DNA of 47,674 nucleotides from a virus. This document shows positions 25,781 to 33,734 of this stretch, piece after piece. The stretch is taken from positions 1-47,674 of the IMG/VR virus record IMGVR_UViG_3300037589_000077, one strand, 5' to 3'. A program made the translations under genes and the position numbers. Each line of letters begins with the position of its first letter. The stretch's first letter is position 1. Below the pieces are notes generated by a model. The model was not told where the DNA came from, ran no database searches, and saw only the letters and a program-made list of their open reading frames with translations.

Positions 25781-26506
25781 TTACTCGTCCTCAGGTTCGG
25801 GAGGTAGAATGGGGGCTCGTGTGTTCCCCGCCCTGGCCTTCATGGCTTGGACGCGCGTCAGGAACGCGGCCTGCTCTTGCTTGCTCACGAAGTAGTGATC
25901 GATGGCCTCCAGGACAAGGTCCCACGCAAACTCAGCGTCTTCGCGCTCGACACCAATGAGTTCACCCGTGGTCATGTCCGTAGAGCTGTGGGCACCGAAG
26001 TTGCCAAGGTTTCGGATCGCGTCCACGCCTTGCCTGATCGAGTACGGTTCATGCTCCATCTCGACGTACTTCTCGATCTTGTCGACCAACCGACCGCGCG
26101 CGAGGCCGGTCACCTCATCGGCCAAGATCGACTCGAGCAGCCTGCGACACATGACCGCCGCGGCCACCGGCGAAACCTTCAACACGAGATAGGTCTGGCG
26201 CAGCAGCTCGTGGTATTTCGCTGGAACTTCTTCCGGAACGATATAAGCGTCGTCGGCGTTCGGCCAAACATGGACCCTCTTGGACGACTTCGTTAAGACA
26301 TTCGTCCCGTTGGCGGGGGCCTGCAGCACTTCGGTAAAAACGCCTCCACACGCAGGACACTTCAATGTGTGTGAGACACGAGAAAGTGTTTGGGCGCCCT
26401 TTCTTTCGATCGTCACCGACTTACCCCAAGGCACTCCAAGCTTGAAAGTTATGCTGCAATGCGGACATGGGTGGTATTCGTATGCTGGTCTTGCTTGTTG
26501 TGCCAT
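25781..26506 (-). CDS. zinc-ribbon + DUF4145-like protein (paralogue A)
   Basis: ATG after GAGGAGGAAAGAG. CPHC...CPAC N-terminal ribbon. C-terminal AAVMCRRLLESIL...GRLVDKIEKYVEME...VDAIRNLGNFGAH...DAEFAWDLVLEAIDHYF pattern. AT-richer codon usage than the backbone. Confidence 0.8.
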   Translation of the reverse strand: MAQQARPAYEYHPCPHCSITFKLGVPWGKSVTIERKGAQTLSRVSHTLKCPACGGVFTEVLQAPANGTNVLTKSSKRVHVWPNADDAYIVPEEVPAKYHELLRQTYLVLKVSPVAAAVMCRRLLESILADEVTGLARGRLVDKIEKYVEMEHEPYSIRQGVDAIRNLGNFGAHSSTDMTTGELIGVEREDAEFAWDLVLEAIDHYFVSKQEQAAFLTRVQAMKARAGNTRAPILPPEPEDE

Positions 26507-26585
26507 CTCTTTCCTCCTCGGTTAATCACCGCGCAATAGCTTCGTGCAGAAGACGCCACCGGCGGGATCGCTAGCTTGGTTCTGC

Positions 26586-27362
26586 CTACTCGGTTGGCTC
26601 AGGCGGCAGGATCGGAGCCTTGGGGTCGATGGGGTTCTTGGCGGCTTTCATCTCGGCAACCCTCCTCATCAACTCAGCGTGTTCAGCCGCTTCGATGAAG
26701 TAGTGGTTGATGAAGGACACGGCGACCTTCCAGGCAGTCTGGGCCTCATCGCGAGTCACCGAGATCACATCACCTGAGGTCTTCTCCTCGGAGGTGTGCG
26801 CACCGAAGTTGCCCAGGTCCCGGATTGCGTCGACCGTCTTTCGCAGATGTCTGGGCTGGTCTTCCATCTCAACGTACTTCTCGATCTTGTCCACAAGCCG
26901 CCCTTTCTCCAGGCCGGGCACTTGCTTGGCGAGGATGTCCTCGACGAGGCGGCGACATAGGACCGCGGCGCCCTCAGGAGCCACCTCCAAGCTCGCGTAC
27001 GTTTGCTTAAGCAGTCCGTGGTAGCGCTCAGGTACGCTCTCGTGGGGCATGTAGAACGCCTCAGGGTTTGGCCAAACCGCAACCCTTTGAGGAAGTGCGG
27101 TCAAGACGTCAGCTACGGGCTCATCATATGAAGCGCTCAAGGGCCTCCCGATCACGGCCCTGACGATGTCGACAAAGACCTCTCTGCAGTTTTGACACGT
27201 AAAGGTCTTCGCGCCCACGCATTCGTAGCGTCGAATACCTTTGAGCTCGTCATCGACGATCGAATCGGTGTGAAGATCATTGGTTTCCATTTCTTGATGG
27301 TTCATCACACCACAATGAGGACATTTGTGGTAGTTGAGCGCGTTCGTACTCTGCTTCGACAT
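26586..27362 (-). CDS. zinc-ribbon + DUF4145-like protein (paralogue B)
   Basis: ATG at 27362, 5 nt after AGGAGGG. CPHC...CQNC ribbon. AAVLCRRLVEDIL...GRLVDKIEKYVEME...VDAIRDLGNFGAH...INHYF. Colinear with paralogue A, including the APILPPEP tail. Confidence 0.8.
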   Translation of the reverse strand: MSKQSTNALNYHKCPHCGVMNHQEMETNDLHTDSIVDDELKGIRRYECVGAKTFTCQNCREVFVDIVRAVIGRPLSASYDEPVADVLTALPQRVAVWPNPEAFYMPHESVPERYHGLLKQTYASLEVAPEGAAVLCRRLVEDILAKQVPGLEKGRLVDKIEKYVEMEDQPRHLRKTVDAIRDLGNFGAHTSEEKTSGDVISVTRDEAQTAWKVAVSFINHYFIEAAEHAELMRRVAEMKAAKNPIDPKAPILPPEPTE

Positions 27363-27400
27363 CTCATCCCTCCTATGGGTTCGTTGGTTCCAAGCCCGGC

Positions 27401-27409
27401 ATTCTACCA
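27401..27409 (-). promoter_or_regulatory. extended -10-like element TGGTAGAAT (minus strand) about 40 nt upstream of the paralogue B start
   Basis: The plus strand reads attctacca. It is flanked by 7-bp inverted repeats (GGTTCGT 27378..27384 / ACGAACC 27413..27419). Confidence 0.3.
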
Positions 27410-27616
27410 CGCACGAACCAAGCCAACACAGTCACCCCCGATGTTCTCGTGGTGGCTCTCTCGGCTGTCTTATCCAACGGTATAGAACTCTAGATCGTCG
27501 TATCTGTTCGGGTGCGCTCGCGACGCTCATGCACCGCGACTTCATCGGCCAGATCCATCGGCTCGCCCTCCATGCCCCATCTCTCTGTGTGGTCTTCTTG
27601 GTCATGCTCACGCCCC

Positions 27617-27652
27617 TCGTGTACACGAAGGGGCCCGTTCGTGATCACGAAC
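27617..27652. promoter_or_regulatory. two related palindromes: TCGTGTACACGA (27617..27628) and GTTCGTGATCACGAAC (27637..27652)
   Basis: Perfect dyads read from the sequence. Shared core TCGTG-ww-CACGA, with centres 22 bp apart. The second overlaps the stop codon of the 27645..28103 gene. Confidence 0.5.
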
Positions 27653-28103
27653 TGCTGAACACCCGTCCACTGAACACGACCCGCACGTACGAGCCGTGTT
27701 CGCTCACCCCCCAGGTCTCCTCGCCGCGCGCCTCGAGCGCCGCGCGGATCACACCGACCATCGGGACCTCCCAGGGGGTGATCTTCAAGACCCGCGGCGC
27801 GACGACCTCGAGCGCGGCGACCTGGTTGAGCGGCACGACCTGGCCGTAGTACTCCACGCGCACCCCGTCGAGTTCGACGATGAGCTCGGGGCTGTACTGC
27901 ACCCGCTCGACCGTCACGCGGTACACCCTCTCGTCGTCGAGCTGGCGGCCCGCTTCTGAGCGTCCGTCGAGCTCGACCTCGAGCGCGCCCCAGGGGTTCT
28001 CGCCTGACGCGGACTCGAAGATCCAGCGCGCGTCGGTGTCGATGCCTCCGATGCACCGCGCTGTCATCTCGAGCTCGAGCACCTTCTTCGCCTTCTCGCT
28101 CAT
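27645..28103 (-). CDS. hypothetical protein
   Basis: 152-aa ORF. ATGA overlap with the upstream gene. Balanced composition. Confidence 0.55.
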   Translation of the reverse strand: MSEKAKKVLELEMTARCIGGIDTDARWIFESASGENPWGALEVELDGRSEAGRQLDDERVYRVTVERVQYSPELIVELDGVRVEYYGQVVPLNQVAALEVVAPRVLKITPWEVPMVGVIRAALEARGEETWGVSEHGSYVRVVFSGRVFSSS

Positions 28104-28450
28104 CGCCTCTCCTTCCTGTCGATGTTGAACACGCCCTCGTACACCTCCTCGCCGTCCTCGGGCTCAGGCGACGCGCGCGGCTTCGCCTCGCGCTCCTCGA
28201 GGTAGGCGATCCTGTTGAGGATCGACGTGCAGTCGAACGCCGCAGTGATGTTCCAGCCCCCGTCGGGGTGCTTCTTCGCGTTCAGGACCTCGCCCGTTGG
28301 TCCGCCTCCGCGCGACCACAGCCGCACGCGATCGGACGTCGGGGGTCGCGGCCGGCGCAGCGTGAGCGTGATCTCGTCGCCGCCGAGCCCGGTGAGTTCG
28401 CGGCGCGCGCGCACGCGCTCGATGGCCTCACGTAGTTCGTCGTGGGTCAC
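28100..28450 (-). CDS. hypothetical protein
   Basis: GTG at 28450 overlapping the upstream TGA (GTGA) and preceded by GGAGGG. 116 aa. Confidence 0.5.
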   Translation of the reverse strand: MTHDELREAIERVRARRELTGLGGDEITLTLRRPRPPTSDRVRLWSRGGGPTGEVLNAKKHPDGGWNITAAFDCTSILNRIAYLEEREAKPRASPEPEDGEEVYEGVFNIDRKERR

Positions 28451-29334
28451 GTGCCCTCCGGGTGCTCCATGCGCCACCACTTCCTCCAGCTCTCGAGCAG
28501 CCCACGCATGTTCGCCGCGCCCGCCACGTTCGCCGAGTGGACGTTCCACTCGAGCGTGTGCGGGTCGATCCCGAGCGTGCGCCCCAGGTCGACCAGGTAG
28601 TGCATCGCGTCCATCCCCGTCGGCTCGCCTTCGCCCAGGTCGTGGTCAAGCGAGACCACCAGCGGGAAGCCTCGACGCTCCACCTCGACCTTGAGCTCGT
28701 CGACCGTGCGCACCACCACCCAAGGCTTCGGGGTCTTCGGATCCCGCTCGTCGTCGAGGTAGAGACACCAGACCGTCGCGCAGGCGCCGCTGCTCGGTGT
28801 GCACTCCTCTTCGTCGGAGCACCCGAATGCCTCGAGCAGCCGACCCGCCGAGTGCGCCCACGAAGCCAGGTGCATGTCCCGCTCCCGGTCGAGGCGACGA
28901 ATGTGCGCGTCGAGGTCGTCGGTCAGCCTCATGGCGACCTCGAGCTGGGTCAGCATCTCGAGGCCAACCGGATTGGCCTCGGCCTTGGCCAGGCCAGCCT
29001 CTCCGAGCATCTTGACCAGGCGCGCGCGCAGCGCGTCCAGCTCCTCCTGGTTCACCCCAAAGACCTCGGCGTGACGTGCGTACACGTCCCCTGCCTCGAG
29101 GCGGTCCGTGTCGTCCTCCTCCCTGATGCGCGTGGCCACGCAATCGGGATTGGCCACCGCCGCGGCGCACAGCATCCCGAGCGCGATCTCGTACACCTTC
29201 TCGATGGACAGACGCACCATGCCGTCCTTCTCGTGCACCTTCAGCGCCACCTCGCCCCCGTTGGCATCCATGCTCACGCTCACAGGTCCGTATGCCCTGA
29301 CCTGGTCGTAATAGCTCCCGTCCTTTCGCTGCAT
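28447..29334 (-). CDS. protein with a C-terminal receiver-like DHDLG domain
   Basis: ATG at 29334 directly after GGAGGAGAGG. C-terminus CLYLDDERDPK...WVVVRTVDEL...LVVSLDHDLGEGEPTGMDAMHYL...HSANVAGAANM. Confidence 0.6.
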   Translation of the reverse strand: MQRKDGSYYDQVRAYGPVSVSMDANGGEVALKVHEKDGMVRLSIEKVYEIALGMLCAAAVANPDCVATRIREEDDTDRLEAGDVYARHAEVFGVNQEELDALRARLVKMLGEAGLAKAEANPVGLEMLTQLEVAMRLTDDLDAHIRRLDRERDMHLASWAHSAGRLLEAFGCSDEEECTPSSGACATVWCLYLDDERDPKTPKPWVVVRTVDELKVEVERRGFPLVVSLDHDLGEGEPTGMDAMHYLVDLGRTLGIDPHTLEWNVHSANVAGAANMRGLLESWRKWWRMEHPEGT

Positions 29335-29483
29335 CCTCTCCTCCCTCTTCGGCGCACCGCGAGGGCGCGCTCCGTCGTGTAGCCCCGGACCAGCTCCGGG
29401 AACTCCTTCTTCCACACCTTCATCAACGTCTTGTGGTCCCGCTTCTCGAGGTCCCCAAGCCACGTCTTCGTCGAGACCTTCAC
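29280..29483 (-). CDS. small hypothetical protein (uncertain)
   Basis: GTGA overlap with the upstream stop. 67 aa. Its 3' end overlaps the next gene start by about 55 nt. Confidence 0.3.
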   Translation of the reverse strand: MKVSTKTWLGDLEKRDHKTLMKVWKKEFPELVRGYTTERALAVRRRGRRGCSERTGAITTRSGHTDL

Positions 29484-29740
29484 GAGCCCTCCTCGAACAC
29501 GCGCGCCACCAGGCGCCCCACGTCCACCACCACCGACACCATCCCGTCGTCGAGCTCCTCGACGGTGACCAGGTCCTCGACGCCGAACGCCAGCAGGACC
29601 TCGTGGAGAGGTCGCCCCAGCACGAGTTGCTCGTCGATGGCCACGAGCAACTCGTCGGTCACGTCCTCGGCGAGCCCGAACCAGGGGTCGTCGGGGTCGG
29701 GCTGTCCGGAGCGCTCCGGGATGATGCGGTGGAGGGTCAC
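29480..29740 (-). CDS. hypothetical acidic protein
   Basis: GTGA overlap with the stop of the ParB-domain gene. 86 aa. Confidence 0.5.
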   Translation of the reverse strand: MTLHRIIPERSGQPDPDDPWFGLAEDVTDELLVAIDEQLVLGRPLHEVLLAFGVEDLVTVEELDDGMVSVVVDVGRLVARVFEEGS

Positions 29741-32064
29741 TCGGCCGCCCCCTCGAGGGCGTCGGCGCCGTCGGCCTGGTCGCTGGTGACGCCCGCGCGC
29801 TCGAGCCTGGCCAGGACCTCCTCGGGCTCGAGCACGTGCGCGAAGACCCGCTCGGCGAACGCGCCCAGCTCGTCGGCCGGCAGTCCGGAGACCCACCGCC
29901 CGAGCGACTGCACGCGCGCATATTTCGAATCCCCCGTAACCGCACCTTCGGGCACGAGCTCGAGCGCGACGTCCCGGGTCTGGTGGTCACGCGTGAGCCA
30001 CTCGCGCAGCGCCAGCTCGACGACTCCAAGCGCGCCGGCGGGCGCGACCTCCCATACCTCGAGCGCGCGCTGGCGCTGCTCGCGGCGCGCCTTCTTCGCC
30101 TCCTTCGCCGCCGCCCTGCTGGCCTTGGTCGCGCGCCCCGTGATCTTCGACCACAGCGCTTCGTCGCGCGCCTTGACCTCAGCGAGCGCCTGCGCCTTGA
30201 ACATGTAGACGTCGACGTCGAGGCTGTTGGCATAGCCCCACACCCTCGCTCTGGCGTAGCGCGCCGTCTCGGGCGCGACCTCCTCCCACGTCATGCCTCC
30301 GTTGCTGTAGAGGGCGCTCGAGTCCGCGCGCACGATCGTGTTGCTCTCGTACTCCTTGCTGTCCTCGAGGCGCATCTGTTCCACCACGCCCCACACCTCG
30401 ACCCCACGTTCATCAGCCAGAGCCTTGGCGGCGTTGGCTTCGAGCTCGGCGACCTTGTCCGACCAGCACGCCGGGTCCAGGCACCGGTCCCCCTGCTCGG
30501 CCCCGGGCAGCAGCGACGCCTGCGCGCTCGAGCGCATCGGGCACCCAACGCACGCGCGCCGGCACCCGAGCTGCTCGTCCAGCTCCCACGGCGCACGCGA
30601 GAGGTCGCGCGTCTCGCGCGTGATCGCCTCGTCGACCTGGTCACGCGACCACGACTTCGGCTGCCCCGACCCCTGCCACCCCGACGTCGACGCCGGGTCG
30701 AGCTGGCCACCGGGGGAGCACAGCGCGCGCTGGAGCTCGGCGGGCAGGCGCGCCACGGCGAGCGCCGACCCCAGCCCGATGCGCCCCGCGGCGACGAGCT
30801 CGCGCGCGCCGTCCCCCAGCCCCGCGAGCTGGACGCGCTCGCGCACGTAGCGCACCGGGCGCCCCAGCCGCGCGGCCAGGTCGTCGAGCTCGCGCCCGTG
30901 CTCCTGGACCAGCGCGGCCAGCCCGGCGGCCTCCTCGAGCGGGTCCGGGTCCTCGCGCTGGTTGTTCTCGATCACCGCGATCTCGAGCGCCTCGGCGTCG
31001 GTCAGCTCGCGCACCAGCGCCGGGATCGTCTTGAGCATCGCGCGGCGCGCGCCGCGCACGCGCCGGTGCCCTGCCACGATCTCGTACCTCCCCGCCTTCT
31101 CGCCTGGCCGCACGATGATCGGCTCGAGCACGCCGTAGGACTGGATCGACGTCGCGAGCTCGCTGAGAGCGTCGTCGTCGTAGGTCTGGCGGGGGTTGCG
31201 CGGGGAGTCGTCGAGCGTGACGAGCGCGAGCTCGACGAGGCCGCCAAGCGCCGGCGTGTCGAGCACCACGACCGGGTGCCCCTCGGGCTCGACGTCCTCG
31301 ACGGGCGCGACGTCGCCGGCGCGCGCCCGCTCGAGCGCGCCGATCTCCTCCTCGTAGAGCTCACGCCACCCAGACCGCGGCGTCTCGGGCGCGGGCAGGT
31401 CGAGGACCTCGGCGCCTCCCTGGCGCCAAAACACCCCGTCGAGGCCCAGGGTGTTGACCACCACGCGACCCACCACCTGGTCGCCCACGACGTACCAGAC
31501 GACGTCGCTCTTCTTGACGTCCTCGGGAGGCGCCTTCGCGGTCGTGAACCCGGCGGGCGGCCCGGCCAGCGTCTCGACGAGCTCGGCGCCCAGCTTCTTC
31601 GACACTCGCGCCACGTAGTGCTTCGCGCCGCGGGTGCGCGGCGTCTTCGTCGTCCCCGCCGCCTTCGACTGCTCCTCGATGACGTCGAGCAGGACCTCGA
31701 ACCACTCCTTCTTGTGTGCGTCTGCCCAGACCGAGTCCACCTGATCGACGTCTTCGTCGTCGACCACGGGTCGACGCGAGGGAGGGATGATCCACGAGTC
31801 CTCGTGCCATTCGATGTGCGCGGGGTCGGACCCCTCACGCGGCACCTCGCGTGTCACGACCGCGCATCCGACGACCACCCAAGACCCCTGACCCTCCGGG
31901 GTCTTCGAGATGAACCATGCGTAACGGCCCTCCTCAGAGTCATAGGGCAGCTTCCAGCTAAGCAGCGACCAACGCCCAGGGTTGAGCTCGCTCTTGCCCT
32001 GCAGCTCGCCGAGCAACGACGCGCGTCTGTCGCTGCCCACCTTGATGACCATGTCCATCTCCAT
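29737..32064 (-). CDS. large ParB/Srx N-terminal-domain protein with a Cys cluster
   Basis: ATG after GAGGTGGTAAG. 775 aa. Central IVAGHRRVRGARRAMLKTIPALVRELTDAEALEIAVIENNQREDPDPLEEA (ParB box). Downstream CRRACVGCPMRS...GDRCLDPACW. Confidence 0.8.
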   Translation of the reverse strand: MEMDMVIKVGSDRRASLLGELQGKSELNPGRWSLLSWKLPYDSEEGRYAWFISKTPEGQGSWVVVGCAVVTREVPREGSDPAHIEWHEDSWIIPPSRRPVVDDEDVDQVDSVWADAHKKEWFEVLLDVIEEQSKAAGTTKTPRTRGAKHYVARVSKKLGAELVETLAGPPAGFTTAKAPPEDVKKSDVVWYVVGDQVVGRVVVNTLGLDGVFWRQGGAEVLDLPAPETPRSGWRELYEEEIGALERARAGDVAPVEDVEPEGHPVVVLDTPALGGLVELALVTLDDSPRNPRQTYDDDALSELATSIQSYGVLEPIIVRPGEKAGRYEIVAGHRRVRGARRAMLKTIPALVRELTDAEALEIAVIENNQREDPDPLEEAAGLAALVQEHGRELDDLAARLGRPVRYVRERVQLAGLGDGARELVAAGRIGLGSALAVARLPAELQRALCSPGGQLDPASTSGWQGSGQPKSWSRDQVDEAITRETRDLSRAPWELDEQLGCRRACVGCPMRSSAQASLLPGAEQGDRCLDPACWSDKVAELEANAAKALADERGVEVWGVVEQMRLEDSKEYESNTIVRADSSALYSNGGMTWEEVAPETARYARARVWGYANSLDVDVYMFKAQALAEVKARDEALWSKITGRATKASRAAAKEAKKARREQRQRALEVWEVAPAGALGVVELALREWLTRDHQTRDVALELVPEGAVTGDSKYARVQSLGRWVSGLPADELGAFAERVFAHVLEPEEVLARLERAGVTSDQADGADALEGAAE

Positions 32065-32125
32065 CTTACCACCTCATCGTCGTGGCGCACCTGGTGCGCT
32101 CAGGTTGTTCTTCGTCGGCGCCGTG

Positions 32126-32908
32126 CTACAGCAAGGCGCCCTGTCTCGTGTCCTCGTCGACGCTCTCGCCGCGCGCCGCGCGCGCAGCCTCGGCCGCGTC
32201 CAACAGCTTCCCGATCCCCTCGCGCTTCAAGTCCCGCTCGAGCTGCGCGAACTGTCCCTCCGTAAGCTCGTGGTAGCTCCCCACCCCCAGCTCGATCTTG
32301 AGGCCCTCGTGTGCGTCCTCGGGCAGATCTGCCGCCTCGTCTGCCCCCAGCAACCCGCCCTCCACGCGGACGATGTCGGCGACCAGGCCACGTAGCGTGC
32401 GGTTGCTCGCCAGCCACTCCGAGTACTTCGCCCCCAGCTCTTCGGCGACCTGCTCTCCCGGCGTCCTCGCGCACCACTCGGCCATGCCCTCGAGCGCGGC
32501 GAGCGGGAGGCCCTCGAGCTGCTCGGCTCCGCGCCTCTTCGCCGCGTGTCGCGCGATGCTCTCCGCCTTCTTCTTGCCGAACGCGTCCTCGAACGTCAGC
32601 GCGATGATGCACAGCGCCTCGGCGCGCCGCTCGCGCTCGTCAGGTCGTGCCGCCGGCGTCGGCGCCGTCGACCCCACCTTCGGCGCCGTGGGGTGCCACT
32701 GGCGCATCATGCGCAGGTGCATCCCGCCAGGCTTCGCGCACAACGCGTCGAGCTCGTCCGCCGGCGGCCAGTCCACCACGCACTCCCCGGCCTCCCGGCG
32801 CGCCGTCCACGTCTCCTCGTCTGGCCACCACGAGGCGACCAGGGCGAACCCGCCCGGGCACAGGTAGGCGTTCGAGCGCCAGCGCAACGTCTCGCGTGCG
32901 TAGCTCAC
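32126..32908 (-). CDS. hypothetical protein
   Basis: GTG at 32908 in a GTGA overlap with the upstream stop. 260 aa. The longer track ORF N-terminus is Arg/Gly shadow. Confidence 0.5.
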   Translation of the reverse strand: MSYARETLRWRSNAYLCPGGFALVASWWPDEETWTARREAGECVVDWPPADELDALCAKPGGMHLRMMRQWHPTAPKVGSTAPTPAARPDERERRAEALCIIALTFEDAFGKKKAESIARHAAKRRGAEQLEGLPLAALEGMAEWCARTPGEQVAEELGAKYSEWLASNRTLRGLVADIVRVEGGLLGADEAADLPEDAHEGLKIELGVGSYHELTEGQFAQLERDLKREGIGKLLDAAEAARAARGESVDEDTRQGALL

Positions 32909-33105
32909 CCTCCCATCCCCCACGTCACGACCGCGCGGTACGCCCTCCACACCAGGTCCTCCACGGCGCCCCGCACACGCCCCCGCCTCGGCCCCACCAC
33001 GATCACCCCGCTCGCCGTGCTGTACCGCGTCGTCTGCGCACGCATCGCGCCCCGCGTGACCCGTTCGAGCCGCCTGCGCTCGCGCCACTCCTTCAACGTC
33101 TTCAT
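32905..33105 (-). CDS. small basic hypothetical protein
   Basis: ATGA overlap with the upstream stop. RBS GGGAGGCGAGGAAGG. 66 aa. Confidence 0.4.
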   Translation of the reverse strand: MKTLKEWRERRRLERVTRGAMRAQTTRYSTASGVIVVGPRRGRVRGAVEDLVWRAYRAVVTWGMGG

Positions 33106-33455
33106 CCTTCCTCGCCTCCCTTCTTGCCGGCCAGGTACACCCGCGCGCGGCCGCCCTGCCCGATTACCCTGTCGTCCTCGTCCGGCGCCCAATACGCCTG
33201 CTTCGTCGCCCTCACCGTCCCCACGTGGCGCCCACACGTCTGGCACCCAGCCGCGGCGTACCTGTAGCGCCAGCCCTGCTCGCCCGAGCCGCTGACGGGC
33301 TCGCCCAGGAGCTTGACCACCAGGGGCCGAACCCCGCACCTCGGGCACGAGACCTCCACCTCGAGCGCGCCCCCGACACGCGTGGCGTCGTGCTGCTCGC
33401 CCGGGTCCTCCGGGTCGTCCCGGTGGAGCATGATGTCGTGCGTCCAGCCCTCCAC
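33102..33455 (-). CDS. zinc-ribbon protein (CPRC...CQTC)
   Basis: 117 aa. GTG start after GGAGGTGAAGG. Confidence 0.5.
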   Translation of the reverse strand: MEGWTHDIMLHRDDPEDPGEQHDATRVGGALEVEVSCPRCGVRPLVVKLLGEPVSGSGEQGWRYRYAAAGCQTCGRHVGTVRATKQAYWAPDEDDRVIGQGGRARVYLAGKKGGEEG

Positions 33456-33461
33456 TCGCCT

Positions 33462-33731
33462 TCACCTCCTCGTCCACCTCGCCAGGAACACCTTGTCCGT
33501 CACCGCCATGATCAGTCCGTCGACCGCGTCGCCCCGCTCCTCGAGCGGGTACGTCTCGACCTCGCACCCGTACTTCGTGACCTGCACGCCGCCGCCCTCC
33601 TGGCTCGACAGCCGGTAGGGACCCACGCCGATCCACCACGCGGTCACGTCGGTGCGTGTGCGCACGAGCTGGAGCCCGACGTCGTGGGGCACCTCGGTCC
33701 ACAGGCGCGTCATGATCTCGACGAGTGACAC
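33462..33731 (-). CDS. hypothetical protein
   Basis: 89-aa ORF in the operon context. Confidence 0.45.
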   Translation of the reverse strand: MSLVEIMTRLWTEVPHDVGLQLVRTRTDVTAWWIGVGPYRLSSQEGGGVQVTKYGCEVETYPLEERGDAVDGLIMAVTDKVFLARWTRR

Positions 33732-33734
33732 CGC

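Noticed and set aside
27370-27430. tRNA-like GGTTCG motif (gggttcgttggttcc) in the AT-richer spacer.
   Set aside because: No cloverleaf can be folded. There is no acceptor stem, anticodon arm or GTTCGAATC-type T-loop context. It is better explained as operator half-sites flanking a -10-like box.
27432-27626. Small highly basic ORF (MTKKTTQRDGAWRASRWIWPMKSRC...) between the early operon and the DUF4145 island.
   Set aside because: The composition is Trp/Arg-rich with no codon-position bias. It spans the spacer that carries regulatory repeats. I cannot exclude it, but it is not supportable from the sequence alone.
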